From an uncultured Pseudomonadota bacterium (GTDB lineage Bacteria > Pseudomonadota > Alphaproteobacteria > JACZXZ01), in the NCBI GenBank assembly GCA_963749075.1, contig CAVVLJ010000020.1:448001-512000 (forward strand): a stretch of 64,000 nucleotides of DNA. The letters are read 5' to 3'. The translations under genes and the position numbers were made by a program. This document shows positions 55,831-64,000 of this stretch, piece after piece (the first letter of the stretch is position 1; every line of letters starts with the position of its first letter). The notes beneath the pieces were generated by a model. It did no database searches, was not told where the DNA came from, and saw nothing but the letters and a program-made list of their open reading frames with translations.

Positions 55831-56952
55831 TTGGCGTCCGTTCTCGATATTGACCGTTTACTCGCGGCCATCCCGGGCGACAACCCGGGAGGGGGCAATC
55901 TGCGCGACGATGCCACTCCCACCTCGGTCTACTACAAGCTCAAGGACCTGCGCGCCGCGGCGCGGGCGGCGGAGCGCCAGCTCGGGGCACCCGCCGAGGC
56001 GGACGGGCAGGCGCCCGAGGACGAGGCCGAGTGGCCCAAGGAATGGCTCGCCATTCTCGAGCTGTCCCCCCCGATCCTGGCCGAGCGAAGCAAGGACCTC
56101 GAGGTCGCCGCCTGGCTGATCGAGGCGCTCCTGCGCCGGCACGGCTTCGCCGGGCTGCACGACGGCTTCCGCCTCGCGCGCGGCCTCGTCGAGAAGTTCT
56201 GGGACAATCTCTATCCGCTGCCCGACGAGGACGGCGTGAGCACGCGCGTGGGGCCGCTGACCGGGCTCAACGGCGAGGGCATGGACGGCACGCTCATCCT
56301 GCCGCTGCGCAAGGTGCCGATCACCGGCAACGCCGACGCCGGCGTCCTCTCAATGTGGCACCACGACCAGGCGAGCAACCTCTTCAAGGTCGACGCCGAG
56401 ACGCGCCAGCGCCGCATCGACGCCGGCGCCACGACGATCGAGAAGTTCACCGGCGCCGTCTCGCACACGCCGGTCGACTTCTATCGCGAGCTGATCGCCG
56501 ACCTCGAGGGTTGCCTCGCGGAATTTGCCGGCCTGAACGCGGCGCTCGAGGCAAAATGCGGCCACGACGCGCCGCCCAGCTCGAACATCAAGGGCGAGCT
56601 CACCCGGGTGCTGGACACCGTGCGCTCGGCCAACAAGGACCGCTTGGCGCCAGCCGAGGGAGCCGGCGCCTCCCAGGGAGCGGGTGCTGCCCAGCCAGCG
56701 GCCGAGGCGGCGCTTGCGGCGGGCGGTCCGATCAATTCGCGCGAGCAGGCCTTTCGCTTGCTCCTCGCCGTGGCGGACTATTTCCGCCGCGCCGAGCCGC
56801 ATTCCTTCCTAGCACTCACCATCGAGGAGACCGTCCGCCGCGGCCGGCTGCCCCTCTCGGAGCTGCTCTCGGAGCTGGTTCCGGACCAGGCGGCGCGGGA
56901 CGGCCTCTTCATGCGCGCCGGCATCCAGCCGCCGGCGGGATCGGGACGATGA
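55831..56952 (+). CDS. tssA: T6SS TssA (ImpA)
   Basis: LLAAIPGDNPGG, SKDLEVAAWL, FWDNLYP, SREQA..YFRRAEPHS. Confidence 0.93.
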   Translation: MASVLDIDRLLAAIPGDNPGGGNLRDDATPTSVYYKLKDLRAAARAAERQLGAPAEADGQAPEDEAEWPKEWLAILELSPPILAERSKDLEVAAWLIEALLRRHGFAGLHDGFRLARGLVEKFWDNLYPLPDEDGVSTRVGPLTGLNGEGMDGTLILPLRKVPITGNADAGVLSMWHHDQASNLFKVDAETRQRRIDAGATTIEKFTGAVSHTPVDFYRELIADLEGCLAEFAGLNAALEAKCGHDAPPSSNIKGELTRVLDTVRSANKDRLAPAEGAGASQGAGAAQPAAEAALAAGGPINSREQAFRLLLAVADYFRRAEPHSFLALTIEETVRRGRLPLSELLSELVPDQAARDGLFMRAGIQPPAGSGR

Positions 56953-57059
56953 AAAGCTGGGCGATGAGGAGATGACGGCGAGATCGAGAGGGCGGCACCG
57001 GCCGCCGCAGAGCGTCGCAACGTGACGCCGGGCAGGACGCCAGGGAAGGGAAGGTAGCC

Positions 57060-57593
57060 ATGGCCGAGAGCATCCACCAAAAGCTCAACCGCGTTCGCAA
57101 GCCGAGGGTCCATATCACCTACGACGTGGAAACCGAGGGCGCCGTCGTCCAGAAGGAGCTTCCCTTCGTGGTCGGCGTGCTCGGCGATTTCTCGGGCGAT
57201 CCGAGCGAGCCGCTCAAGCCGCTCAAGGACCGCAAGTTCGTCCAGATCGACCGCGACAACTTCGACAGCGTCATGGCCTCGATGACCCCTGGCCTCAACC
57301 TCAAGGTCGACAACAAGCTCGCCGACGACGGCAGCCAGATGGCGGTGAGCCTCAAGTTCCGCTCGCTCGACGACTTCGAGCCCGCGCGCGTGGTCGACCA
57401 GGTGGAGCCGCTGCGCAAGCTGATGGAGACGCGCAACAAGCTGCGCGACCTCATGAGCAAGGCCGACCGCTCGCAGGACCTCGAGGGGCTGCTCGAGCGC
57501 ATTCTGCAGAACGAGGAGCAGCTCAAGTCCCTCTCCAGCCAGCTTGGGGCCGAGGCCCCGGCCGGAGAGACCGGCAAGAAGGAGGGCGAGTGA
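57060..57593 (+). CDS. tssB: T6SS sheath small subunit TssB
   Basis: [33 protein letters not shown]. Confidence 0.97.
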   Translation: MAESIHQKLNRVRKPRVHITYDVETEGAVVQKELPFVVGVLGDFSGDPSEPLKPLKDRKFVQIDRDNFDSVMASMTPGLNLKVDNKLADDGSQMAVSLKFRSLDDFEPARVVDQVEPLRKLMETRNKLRDLMSKADRSQDLEGLLERILQNEEQLKSLSSQLGAEAPAGETGKKEGE

Positions 57594-59086
57594 TGGCCGA
57601 CGCGAAAACCGAGCGACGCACCGAGACCAAGACCGCGGAAGCCGCGGAGGTCAGTCTGCTCGACCAGGCGGTCGCGGCGACCAAGCAGACCGAGCCGGAG
57701 CGCGCCCAGGAGCTGCTGCGCGCGCTCACGACCGAGGCGCTCAAGGGGACGGTGGTCTTCAACAAGAACCTCACCGTCACCTTCAACAAGGCGATCGCCG
57801 CGATCGACGCCAAGCTCTCCGAGCAGCTCGCGGTGATCATGCACGATCCGAAGTTCGGCAAGCTCGAGGGCACCTGGCGCGGCATGCATCACCTGGTGAT
57901 GAACTCCGAGACCAGCGCCATGCTCAAGATCCGCGTGATGAACGTGAGCAAGCGCGAGCTCTACCGCGACATCACCAAGGCGGTCGAATTCGATCAAAGC
58001 CAGACCTTCAAGAAGATCTACGAGAACGAGTTCGGCACGCCCGGCGGCGAGCCCTACGGCGCCCTCATCGGCGACTACGAGTTCACCAACCACCCGGAGG
58101 ACATCGAGCTGCTCTCCGGCGTCTCGAACGTCGCCGCCGCGGCCTTTGCACCCTTCATCGCCGCAGGCAGCCCGAAGATGTTCGGCTTCGAGAGCTTCTC
58201 CGAGCTCTCCAGGCCGCGCGACCTCGAGAAGATCTTCGACACGATCGAATATGCCAAATGGCGCAGCTACCGCGACAGCGAGGACTCGCGCTTCGTCACG
58301 CTCACCATGCCGCGCGTGCTCGCCCGCCTGCCCTACGGCGCCAACACCCGCACCATCGACGAGTTCGACTACGAGGAGGCGCCGACCGACAAGCGCGGCC
58401 GCTCGCTCCCCATGCAGCACGACGACTTCTGCTGGATGAACGCCGCCTACGTCATGGGCACCAAGCTCACCGACGCCTTCGCCAAGAACGGCTGGTGCAC
58501 CGCCATCCGGGGTGCCGAGGGCGGGGGCAAGGTCGAATGGCTCCCCTCCTACATCTTCATCAGCGACGACGGCGACCCGGACCAGAAGTGCCCGACCGAG
58601 ATCGGCATCACCGACCGCCGCGAGGCGGAGCTGAGCAAGCTCGGCTTCCTGCCGCTCTGCCATTACAAGAACACCGACTACGCGGTCTTCTTCGGCGCGC
58701 AGACCACCCAGAAGCCCAAGAAGTACGACCGCCCCGAGGCGACGGCGAACGCCGCCATCTCGGCGCGCCTGCCCTATATGATGGCCTGCTCGCGCTTCGC
58801 CCACTACCTCAAGATCCTGGCGCGCGACAAGATCGGCTCGTTCATGGAGGCGTCCGACTGCGAGGCCTGGCTCAACCGCTGGATTTCGAACTACGTCAAC
58901 GGCAACCCCCAGGCCGGGCCGGACATGAAGGCGAAATACCCGCTCGCCGACGCCAAGGTGGTGGTGAAGGAGGTGCCGGGGGCACCCGGCTCGTACAACG
59001 CCATCGCCTTCATGCGGCCGTGGCTGCAGTTCGAAGAGCTCACCACCTCCATGCGCATGGTGGCGCGCATTCCGAAGATGAGCTGA
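57593..59086 (+). CDS. tssC: T6SS sheath large subunit TssC
   Basis: [48 protein letters not shown]. Confidence 0.97.
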   Translation: MADAKTERRTETKTAEAAEVSLLDQAVAATKQTEPERAQELLRALTTEALKGTVVFNKNLTVTFNKAIAAIDAKLSEQLAVIMHDPKFGKLEGTWRGMHHLVMNSETSAMLKIRVMNVSKRELYRDITKAVEFDQSQTFKKIYENEFGTPGGEPYGALIGDYEFTNHPEDIELLSGVSNVAAAAFAPFIAAGSPKMFGFESFSELSRPRDLEKIFDTIEYAKWRSYRDSEDSRFVTLTMPRVLARLPYGANTRTIDEFDYEEAPTDKRGRSLPMQHDDFCWMNAAYVMGTKLTDAFAKNGWCTAIRGAEGGGKVEWLPSYIFISDDGDPDQKCPTEIGITDRREAELSKLGFLPLCHYKNTDYAVFFGAQTTQKPKKYDRPEATANAAISARLPYMMACSRFAHYLKILARDKIGSFMEASDCEAWLNRWISNYVNGNPQAGPDMKAKYPLADAKVVVKEVPGAPGSYNAIAFMRPWLQFEELTTSMRMVARIPKMS

Positions 59087-59093
59087 GAGGGAC

Positions 59094-60665
59094 ATGGCGG
59101 TCGATACGGCGGTACCCGGCGACGAGGGTCTCGGGAGGCACGGAGCCGCGTCGCGGGCGAGGCCGTCGCCGGTGCCGGGCGGCGTGCCGCTCGGCGTGCG
59201 CTTGACCGCGGGCGAGGCGGCCAACGCCGGGCCCGCGCTCGCGGCCTTCCTCGCCGAGCCGGATATCGCCGCGGCCCTCGCCCTCTGGTTCGGCGGCCCG
59301 GTCAGCCGCTCGCTCGCCGACGAGCGCGGCGCGGTGCTGGCGGCACTCGACCGCGACATCGCCGCCATCGACGCGCTCCTGAGCGCCCAGGCCAACGCCG
59401 TCCTTCACCATCCGCGCTTCCAGCGCCTCGAGGCGTCGTGGCGGGGCGTGCGCTATCTCGCCGATCAGGCCGACCCGGACGACGGCGTCAAGGTGCGCAT
59501 CCTCCAGCTGCCCTGGGCCGAGCTCTGCCGCGATCTCGAGCGCGCCATCGAGTTCGACCAGAGCCAGCTCTTCGGCAAGATCTACAGCGAGGAGTTCGGC
59601 ATGCCGGGCGGCGAGCCCTTCGGCGTGCTGCTCGGGGACTACGAGGTCCTGCACAAGCGCGCGGCAGGTCATCCGAGCGACGACGTGGCGGCGCTCAAGG
59701 GCATGTCGCAGGTGGCCGCGGCGGCCTTCACCCCCTTCGTCGTCGGCTGCCTGCCCGGCATGTTCGGCGTCGACCGCTTCCGCGAGCTCGGCATCCATGT
59801 CGACCTCGGCTCCACCTTCAACCAGCTCGAGTACCTGCGCTGGCGCAGCCTCCAGGAGAGCGACGACGCGCGCTTCATCGCGGTCGTGCTGCCGCGCGTG
59901 CTGATGCGGCTGCCCTACCGCGACGACGGCTCGCGCGTCGACGGCTTCCGCTTCGCCGAGGAGGTGACCGCCGCGCACCACGACGCCTATCTCTGGGGCA
60001 GCGCCATCTTCGCCTTCGGCGCCGTGCTCATCCGCTCCTTCGTCTCCTCGGGCTGGTTCGCCGAGATCCGCGGGGCGCCGCGCGACGTGATCGGAGGCGG
60101 GCTCGCCACCGATCTGCCGATCTCTTGCTTCGAGACGGATAGCGCGCATATCGCCCAGCGCTATTCGACGGATCTGTGCCTGAGCGAGCTGCAGGACGTG
60201 GCGTTGAGCGAGCTCGGCTTCATGCCGTTGCGCAAATGCAAGGACACGGACTATTCCGCCTTCTTTGCCACGCCCTCGGTCCACGTGCCGAAGAAGTACG
60301 ACCGCTTCGTCGCCAACATCAACGCGCGCCTCTCCTCGATGCTGCAGTACGTGCTCTGCGTCTCGCGCGTGAGCCACTACATCAAGGTGATCGGGCGCGA
60401 CCGGGTGGGCTCCTTCGCGACCGCCGCGGAGTGCGAGGCCCTCCTCATGGGCTGGCTGCGCAAATACACCCTCGGCAACGACGACGCCTCCTACGAGATG
60501 AAGGCCAAATATCCGCTGCGCGAGGCGAGCGTACAAGTGCGCGACGTGCCCGGCCAGCCGGGGTCCTTCCGCTCGATCATCCATCTGAGGCCGCACTTCC
60601 AACTCGAGCAGGTGGTGACCAGCTTCAAGCTGGTGACCGAGCTCACCGGTGCGTCGCCGCATTGA
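59094..60665 (+). CDS. tssC: Second TssC paralogue (ImpD-like)
   Basis: FQRLEASWRG, EFGMPGGEPFG, LPRVLMRLPY, YPLREA, LRPHFQL. Confidence 0.93.
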   Translation: MAVDTAVPGDEGLGRHGAASRARPSPVPGGVPLGVRLTAGEAANAGPALAAFLAEPDIAAALALWFGGPVSRSLADERGAVLAALDRDIAAIDALLSAQANAVLHHPRFQRLEASWRGVRYLADQADPDDGVKVRILQLPWAELCRDLERAIEFDQSQLFGKIYSEEFGMPGGEPFGVLLGDYEVLHKRAAGHPSDDVAALKGMSQVAAAAFTPFVVGCLPGMFGVDRFRELGIHVDLGSTFNQLEYLRWRSLQESDDARFIAVVLPRVLMRLPYRDDGSRVDGFRFAEEVTAAHHDAYLWGSAIFAFGAVLIRSFVSSGWFAEIRGAPRDVIGGGLATDLPISCFETDSAHIAQRYSTDLCLSELQDVALSELGFMPLRKCKDTDYSAFFATPSVHVPKKYDRFVANINARLSSMLQYVLCVSRVSHYIKVIGRDRVGSFATAAECEALLMGWLRKYTLGNDDASYEMKAKYPLREASVQVRDVPGQPGSFRSIIHLRPHFQLEQVVTSFKLVTELTGASPH

Positions 60666-60690
60666 GCGGCACCTGGTACGGGGTATCGCC

Positions 60691-61491
60691 ATGAGCGCCA
60701 AGGAGCATTTCGAGGCCGGCCGTCTCGCGGACGCGATCGACGAGCTGACGCGCGACGTGCGGCAGCATCCGACCGACGTGAGCCGGCGCGGTTTCCTCTC
60801 CGAGCTCCTCTGCTTCGCCGGCGAGATGGAGCGGGTCGACGCCCAGCTCGACGTGATCCAGAAGCAGGATACCAAGACGGCACTCGGCGTCGCACTCTTC
60901 CGCCAGCTCGTGCGCGGCGAGACCGCGCGCCGCCAGTTCTACCGCGAGGGCCGGCTGCCTGAGTTCCTCGACCGTCCGCCGCCCCACGTTCAGCTTCACC
61001 TCGAGGCCTCGATCCATCTGCGCGAGGGCAACGCCGCCGAGGCGGCTCGGCTCCTCGAGGAAGCCGAGGCGGCGCGGCCCCGCGTCGCCGGCGTCTCGGA
61101 CGGGCGCGCCTTCGAGGACATGCGCGACATGGACGATGTGTGCAGTTGCGTCTTCGAGGTGCTGACCAGCACGGGCAAGTACTACTGGGTGCCGATGGAG
61201 AGCGTCGAGATCATCGAGTTCCGCAAGCCGGAGCGACCGCGCGACCTCTGTTGGCGCCGCGCCCATATGGTGGTGGCGGGCGGACCGGACGGCGAGGTGT
61301 TCCTCCCCGCCATCTATGCGGCGGCGGCGGCGGCGTCCGACGACCGGGTCCGCCTCGGCCGGGTGACGGAATGGACCGGCGGCGAGGGCGTCCCGGTGCA
61401 GGGTGCCGGCTTGCGCAGCTACCTCGTCGGCGAGGAGGGCATGTCGATCATGGAGCTCGGCACCGTCAAGTTCGCCCGGGCGGACGGCTGA
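60691..61491 (+). CDS. tagJ: T6SS accessory TagJ (ImpE)
   Basis: VRQHPTD..RGFLSELLCFAGE, YYWVP, PERPRDLCW, RLGRVTEW. Confidence 0.92.
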   Translation: MSAKEHFEAGRLADAIDELTRDVRQHPTDVSRRGFLSELLCFAGEMERVDAQLDVIQKQDTKTALGVALFRQLVRGETARRQFYREGRLPEFLDRPPPHVQLHLEASIHLREGNAAEAARLLEEAEAARPRVAGVSDGRAFEDMRDMDDVCSCVFEVLTSTGKYYWVPMESVEIIEFRKPERPRDLCWRRAHMVVAGGPDGEVFLPAIYAAAAAASDDRVRLGRVTEWTGGEGVPVQGAGLRSYLVGEEGMSIMELGTVKFARADG

Positions 61492-61495
61492 GCCG

Positions 61496-61993
61496 ATGGC
61501 GCGGGTAGAGCTCGACCAGCCGCTCCGCCCCTCGCTCCTCGATCGCCTCATCGACGAGCATCCGGAGCTGAGGCAGGACCCGCCCAAGCACCACGGCCAG
61601 TATCTCGCCGAGCTGCGCCGCGCGGTGCGGCGCGATCTCGAGGCGCTGCTCAACACGCGCCAGCGCTGCATCTCGGCACCGGCCAACCTGACGGAGCTGC
61701 AGACCTCCTTCGTCAATTACGGCATACCCGACTTCAGCGGCCTCAACCTTACGACCGAGGCGCAGCGCGAGACCTTCCGCGCCACCATCGAGGGCATCAT
61801 CCGGCGCTACGAGCCGCGCTTCCAGAAGGTCCGTGTCGTGCTGCTCGAGAACGTCGACGCCCTCGACCGCACGCTGCGCTTCCGCATCGAGGCGCTCATC
61901 TACGCCGATCCGGCGCCCGAGCCCCTCGTGTTCGACAGCTACCTCGAGCCGGTGACGCACAGCTTCGCCGTGACGGCCAAGGACAATGGCTGA
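61496..61993 (+). CDS. tssE: T6SS baseplate TssE
   Basis: PSLLDRLID, RRDLEALLNTR, NYGIPD, YEPRF. Confidence 0.95.
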   Translation: MARVELDQPLRPSLLDRLIDEHPELRQDPPKHHGQYLAELRRAVRRDLEALLNTRQRCISAPANLTELQTSFVNYGIPDFSGLNLTTEAQRETFRATIEGIIRRYEPRFQKVRVVLLENVDALDRTLRFRIEALIYADPAPEPLVFDSYLEPVTHSFAVTAKDNG

Positions 61994-63812
61994 CGAGCTC
62001 CTCCCCTATTATCAGCGCGAGCTCAGCTACATCCGCCGGCTTGCAGCCGACTTCGCCCAGGCACACCCGAAGATCGCCGGACGCTTGAGGCTCAGCCCCG
62101 AGGCGGTCGACGACCCGCACGTGGCGCGGCTCATCGAGGCCTTCGCCTACCTCACGGCGCGGCTGCGCTACCGCCTCGACGACGATTTCCCCGAGCTCAC
62201 CGACGCGCTTCTCGGCGTGCTCTACCCGCATTACGTGGCGCCCGTGCCCTCCATGGCCATCGTGGAGTTCGCCTGCCAGCCGGACCTCACGGCACCCTAC
62301 ACGATCCCGGCGGGCACCGAGCTCGAGGCCGAGGCGGTCGCCGGCGACGCCTGCCGCTTCCGCACCTCTTATCCGACGACGCTCTGGCCGATCGCCCTCG
62401 AGGCCGCGAGCCTGAGCGGCCGGCCGCTCGTAGCCCCACCCAACCCCGCGGCCTCGCGCGCGGGCGCGGTCGCCATCCTGCGGCTCTCGCTCAAATGCCT
62501 CACTGGCGACATGACCTTCACCAAGCTCGCCCCCGACGAGCTGCGCTTCTTCCTGCGCGGCCAGCCGCACGAGGTGTTCGCGCTCTACGAGCTCATCTTC
62601 AACAACGCGCTCTCGGTGGCGCTCGCCAATTCCGCGGTCGACCCCAACCCGGTGATCCTGCCGGCGGAGTGCATCCGGCCGGTCGGCTTCGAGCGCAGCG
62701 AGGGCATGATGCCCTATCCCGCGCGCTCCTTCGTGGGCTACCGCCTCTTGACCGAGTACTTCGCCTTCCCGGAGAAGTTCCTCTTCTTCGACGTGACGAA
62801 GCTCTCCGGCAAGGTGCTGCTCGAGGCCGGCAACAAGCTCGAGATCTTCATCTACCTCAACCGCACCTCGGTCGACCTCGAGCGCGTCGTGAGCAAGGAC
62901 TCCTTTGCCCTCGGCTGCACGCCGGCGAGCAATCTCTTCCGCCAGCGCGCCGAGCCCATCCAGCTCACGCGCACGATCTCCGAGTACCGCGTGGTGCCGG
63001 ATGCGCGCCGGCCGGGCACCACCGAGGTCTACAGCGTCGACGAGGTCAAGGCGACCGGGCCCGACGGCAGCGAGACCGTCTTCCTCCCCTTCTACGCGGC
63101 CAAGCACGCGCGCGACCGCGAGGGCACGCGCAGCTATTGGTACCCGGCGCGCCGCGCGGCCGAGGGCAACGATCCCGGCACCGAGGTCTTCCTCTCCCTC
63201 GTCGATCTCGACTTCAACCCCTCGGTGCCGGCGGACTCGATCGTCTCCGTCGCGATCACGGCGCTCAACCGCGATCTGCCGAGCCGGCTGCCGGTGGGCG
63301 GCGGCCATCCCAACTTGAGCCTCGTCGAGGGCGCCTCGCCGGTGGCATCCATCGCCTGCCTGGTGCCGCCGACGCCGACGCTCCGTCCGCCCTTGCGCCA
63401 GCGCGGGCGCTGGCGCCTCGTCTCCCATCTGGCGCTCAACCACCTCTCGCTGATCGACGCCGAGGAGGGCGCCGACGCGCTGCGCGAGATCCTCAAGCTC
63501 TACGACTTCCGCGATTCCGCCGAGACGCGGACGGTGATCGACAGCGTGGTGAGCCTCAGGAGCCGGCCTGCCGTGGCGCGCGCGCCGTCGCGCGACATGA
63601 ACGCCTTCTGCCGCGGCATCGAGGCGACGCTCACGCTGGTGCCCGAGGGCTTCTCCGGGAGCGGGCTCTTTCTCCTCGCCGCCGTGCTCGAGCGCTTCCT
63701 TCCGCTTTACTGCACCATCAATTCATTCACGCGGCTGGTCGTCACGGTCAAGGGCCGGCCCGGGGAGCTCAGACGATGGCCGCCAAGGGCGGGCGACCTT
63801 CCCTTGCTCTGA
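61986..63812 (+). CDS. tssF: T6SS baseplate TssF
   Basis: LLPYYQRELSYIR, DPHVARLIEAFA, YRLLTEYFAFPEKF, WRLVSHLALNHLSL, INSFT. Confidence 0.97.
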   Translation: MADELLPYYQRELSYIRRLAADFAQAHPKIAGRLRLSPEAVDDPHVARLIEAFAYLTARLRYRLDDDFPELTDALLGVLYPHYVAPVPSMAIVEFACQPDLTAPYTIPAGTELEAEAVAGDACRFRTSYPTTLWPIALEAASLSGRPLVAPPNPAASRAGAVAILRLSLKCLTGDMTFTKLAPDELRFFLRGQPHEVFALYELIFNNALSVALANSAVDPNPVILPAECIRPVGFERSEGMMPYPARSFVGYRLLTEYFAFPEKFLFFDVTKLSGKVLLEAGNKLEIFIYLNRTSVDLERVVSKDSFALGCTPASNLFRQRAEPIQLTRTISEYRVVPDARRPGTTEVYSVDEVKATGPDGSETVFLPFYAAKHARDREGTRSYWYPARRAAEGNDPGTEVFLSLVDLDFNPSVPADSIVSVAITALNRDLPSRLPVGGGHPNLSLVEGASPVASIACLVPPTPTLRPPLRQRGRWRLVSHLALNHLSLIDAEEGADALREILKLYDFRDSAETRTVIDSVVSLRSRPAVARAPSRDMNAFCRGIEATLTLVPEGFSGSGLFLLAAVLERFLPLYCTINSFTRLVVTVKGRPGELRRWPPRAGDLPLL

Positions 63813-64000
63813 TCGAGCGCCTGTTCCGCGAGCCCTACCGCTTCGACTTCTTCCAGGCGGTGCGGGTCCTCGAGCAGGCGGCCGCGCGCGAGGCGCGCGA
63901 CCCGCGCTATCTCGGCCGCGCGCCGGTCGGCGAGTACGGCGATCCGCGCCAGGAGACGGTGCGCTTCAAGGCGACCTTGGCGCTCAGCTTTCCCCCCGCC
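63776..64000 (+). CDS. tssG: T6SS baseplate TssG, 3'-partial
   Basis: Hand translation MAAKGGRPSLALIERLFREPYRFDFFQAVRVLE...VRFKATLALSFP. Confidence 0.92.
   Translation, partial: MAAKGGRPSLALIERLFREPYRFDFFQAVRVLEQAAAREARDPRYLGRAPVGEYGDPRQETVRFKATLALSFPPA

Noticed and set aside
57119-59395. Long antisense and alternate-frame ORFs (e.g. 758 aa here, 38643-40718, 21537-22817 part, 49829-51685)
   Set aside because: Shadow ORFs expected in high-GC coding DNA; they overlap well-supported genes and show no family motifs

Overview
GC-rich bacterial DNA (about 70% GC by eye), most consistent with a free-living alphaproteobacterium (inference from gene content and repeat families). In order: beta-oxidation-type genes (thiolase, APH-like kinase, SDR, two acyl-CoA dehydrogenases) with a TetR/DUF2852 pair and a decayed toxin-antitoxin islet; a two-partner secretion locus (disrupted GLUG-repeat TpsA, TpsB, TPR-glycosyltransferase); a Pho-box-preceded phnSTUV transporter; an RraA/kinase/divergent-enolase unit; an R-body locus of eight reb paralogues, two unknown genes and an ECF sigma factor; a GntR-linked amino-acid ABC operon flanked by two dialkylglycine-decarboxylase-like enzymes; a transglutaminase/ATP-grasp/alpha-E operon; tRNA-Gly(CCC) followed by a lower-GC islet (primase-helicase, BrnT-XRE pair, FtsH); and the start of an Agrobacterium imp-like T6SS that runs off the window. 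The strongest new signal is a TCACA-N15/16-CGTY motif found five times in the R-body locus, once ahead of each predicted transcription unit including the sigma gene, which suggests a self-amplifying ECF regulon. Other notable signals are four single-base frameshifts that all fall in ACGT, nested palindromic repeats and several readable operator pairs. All family calls come from motif recognition by eye; no database search was run.
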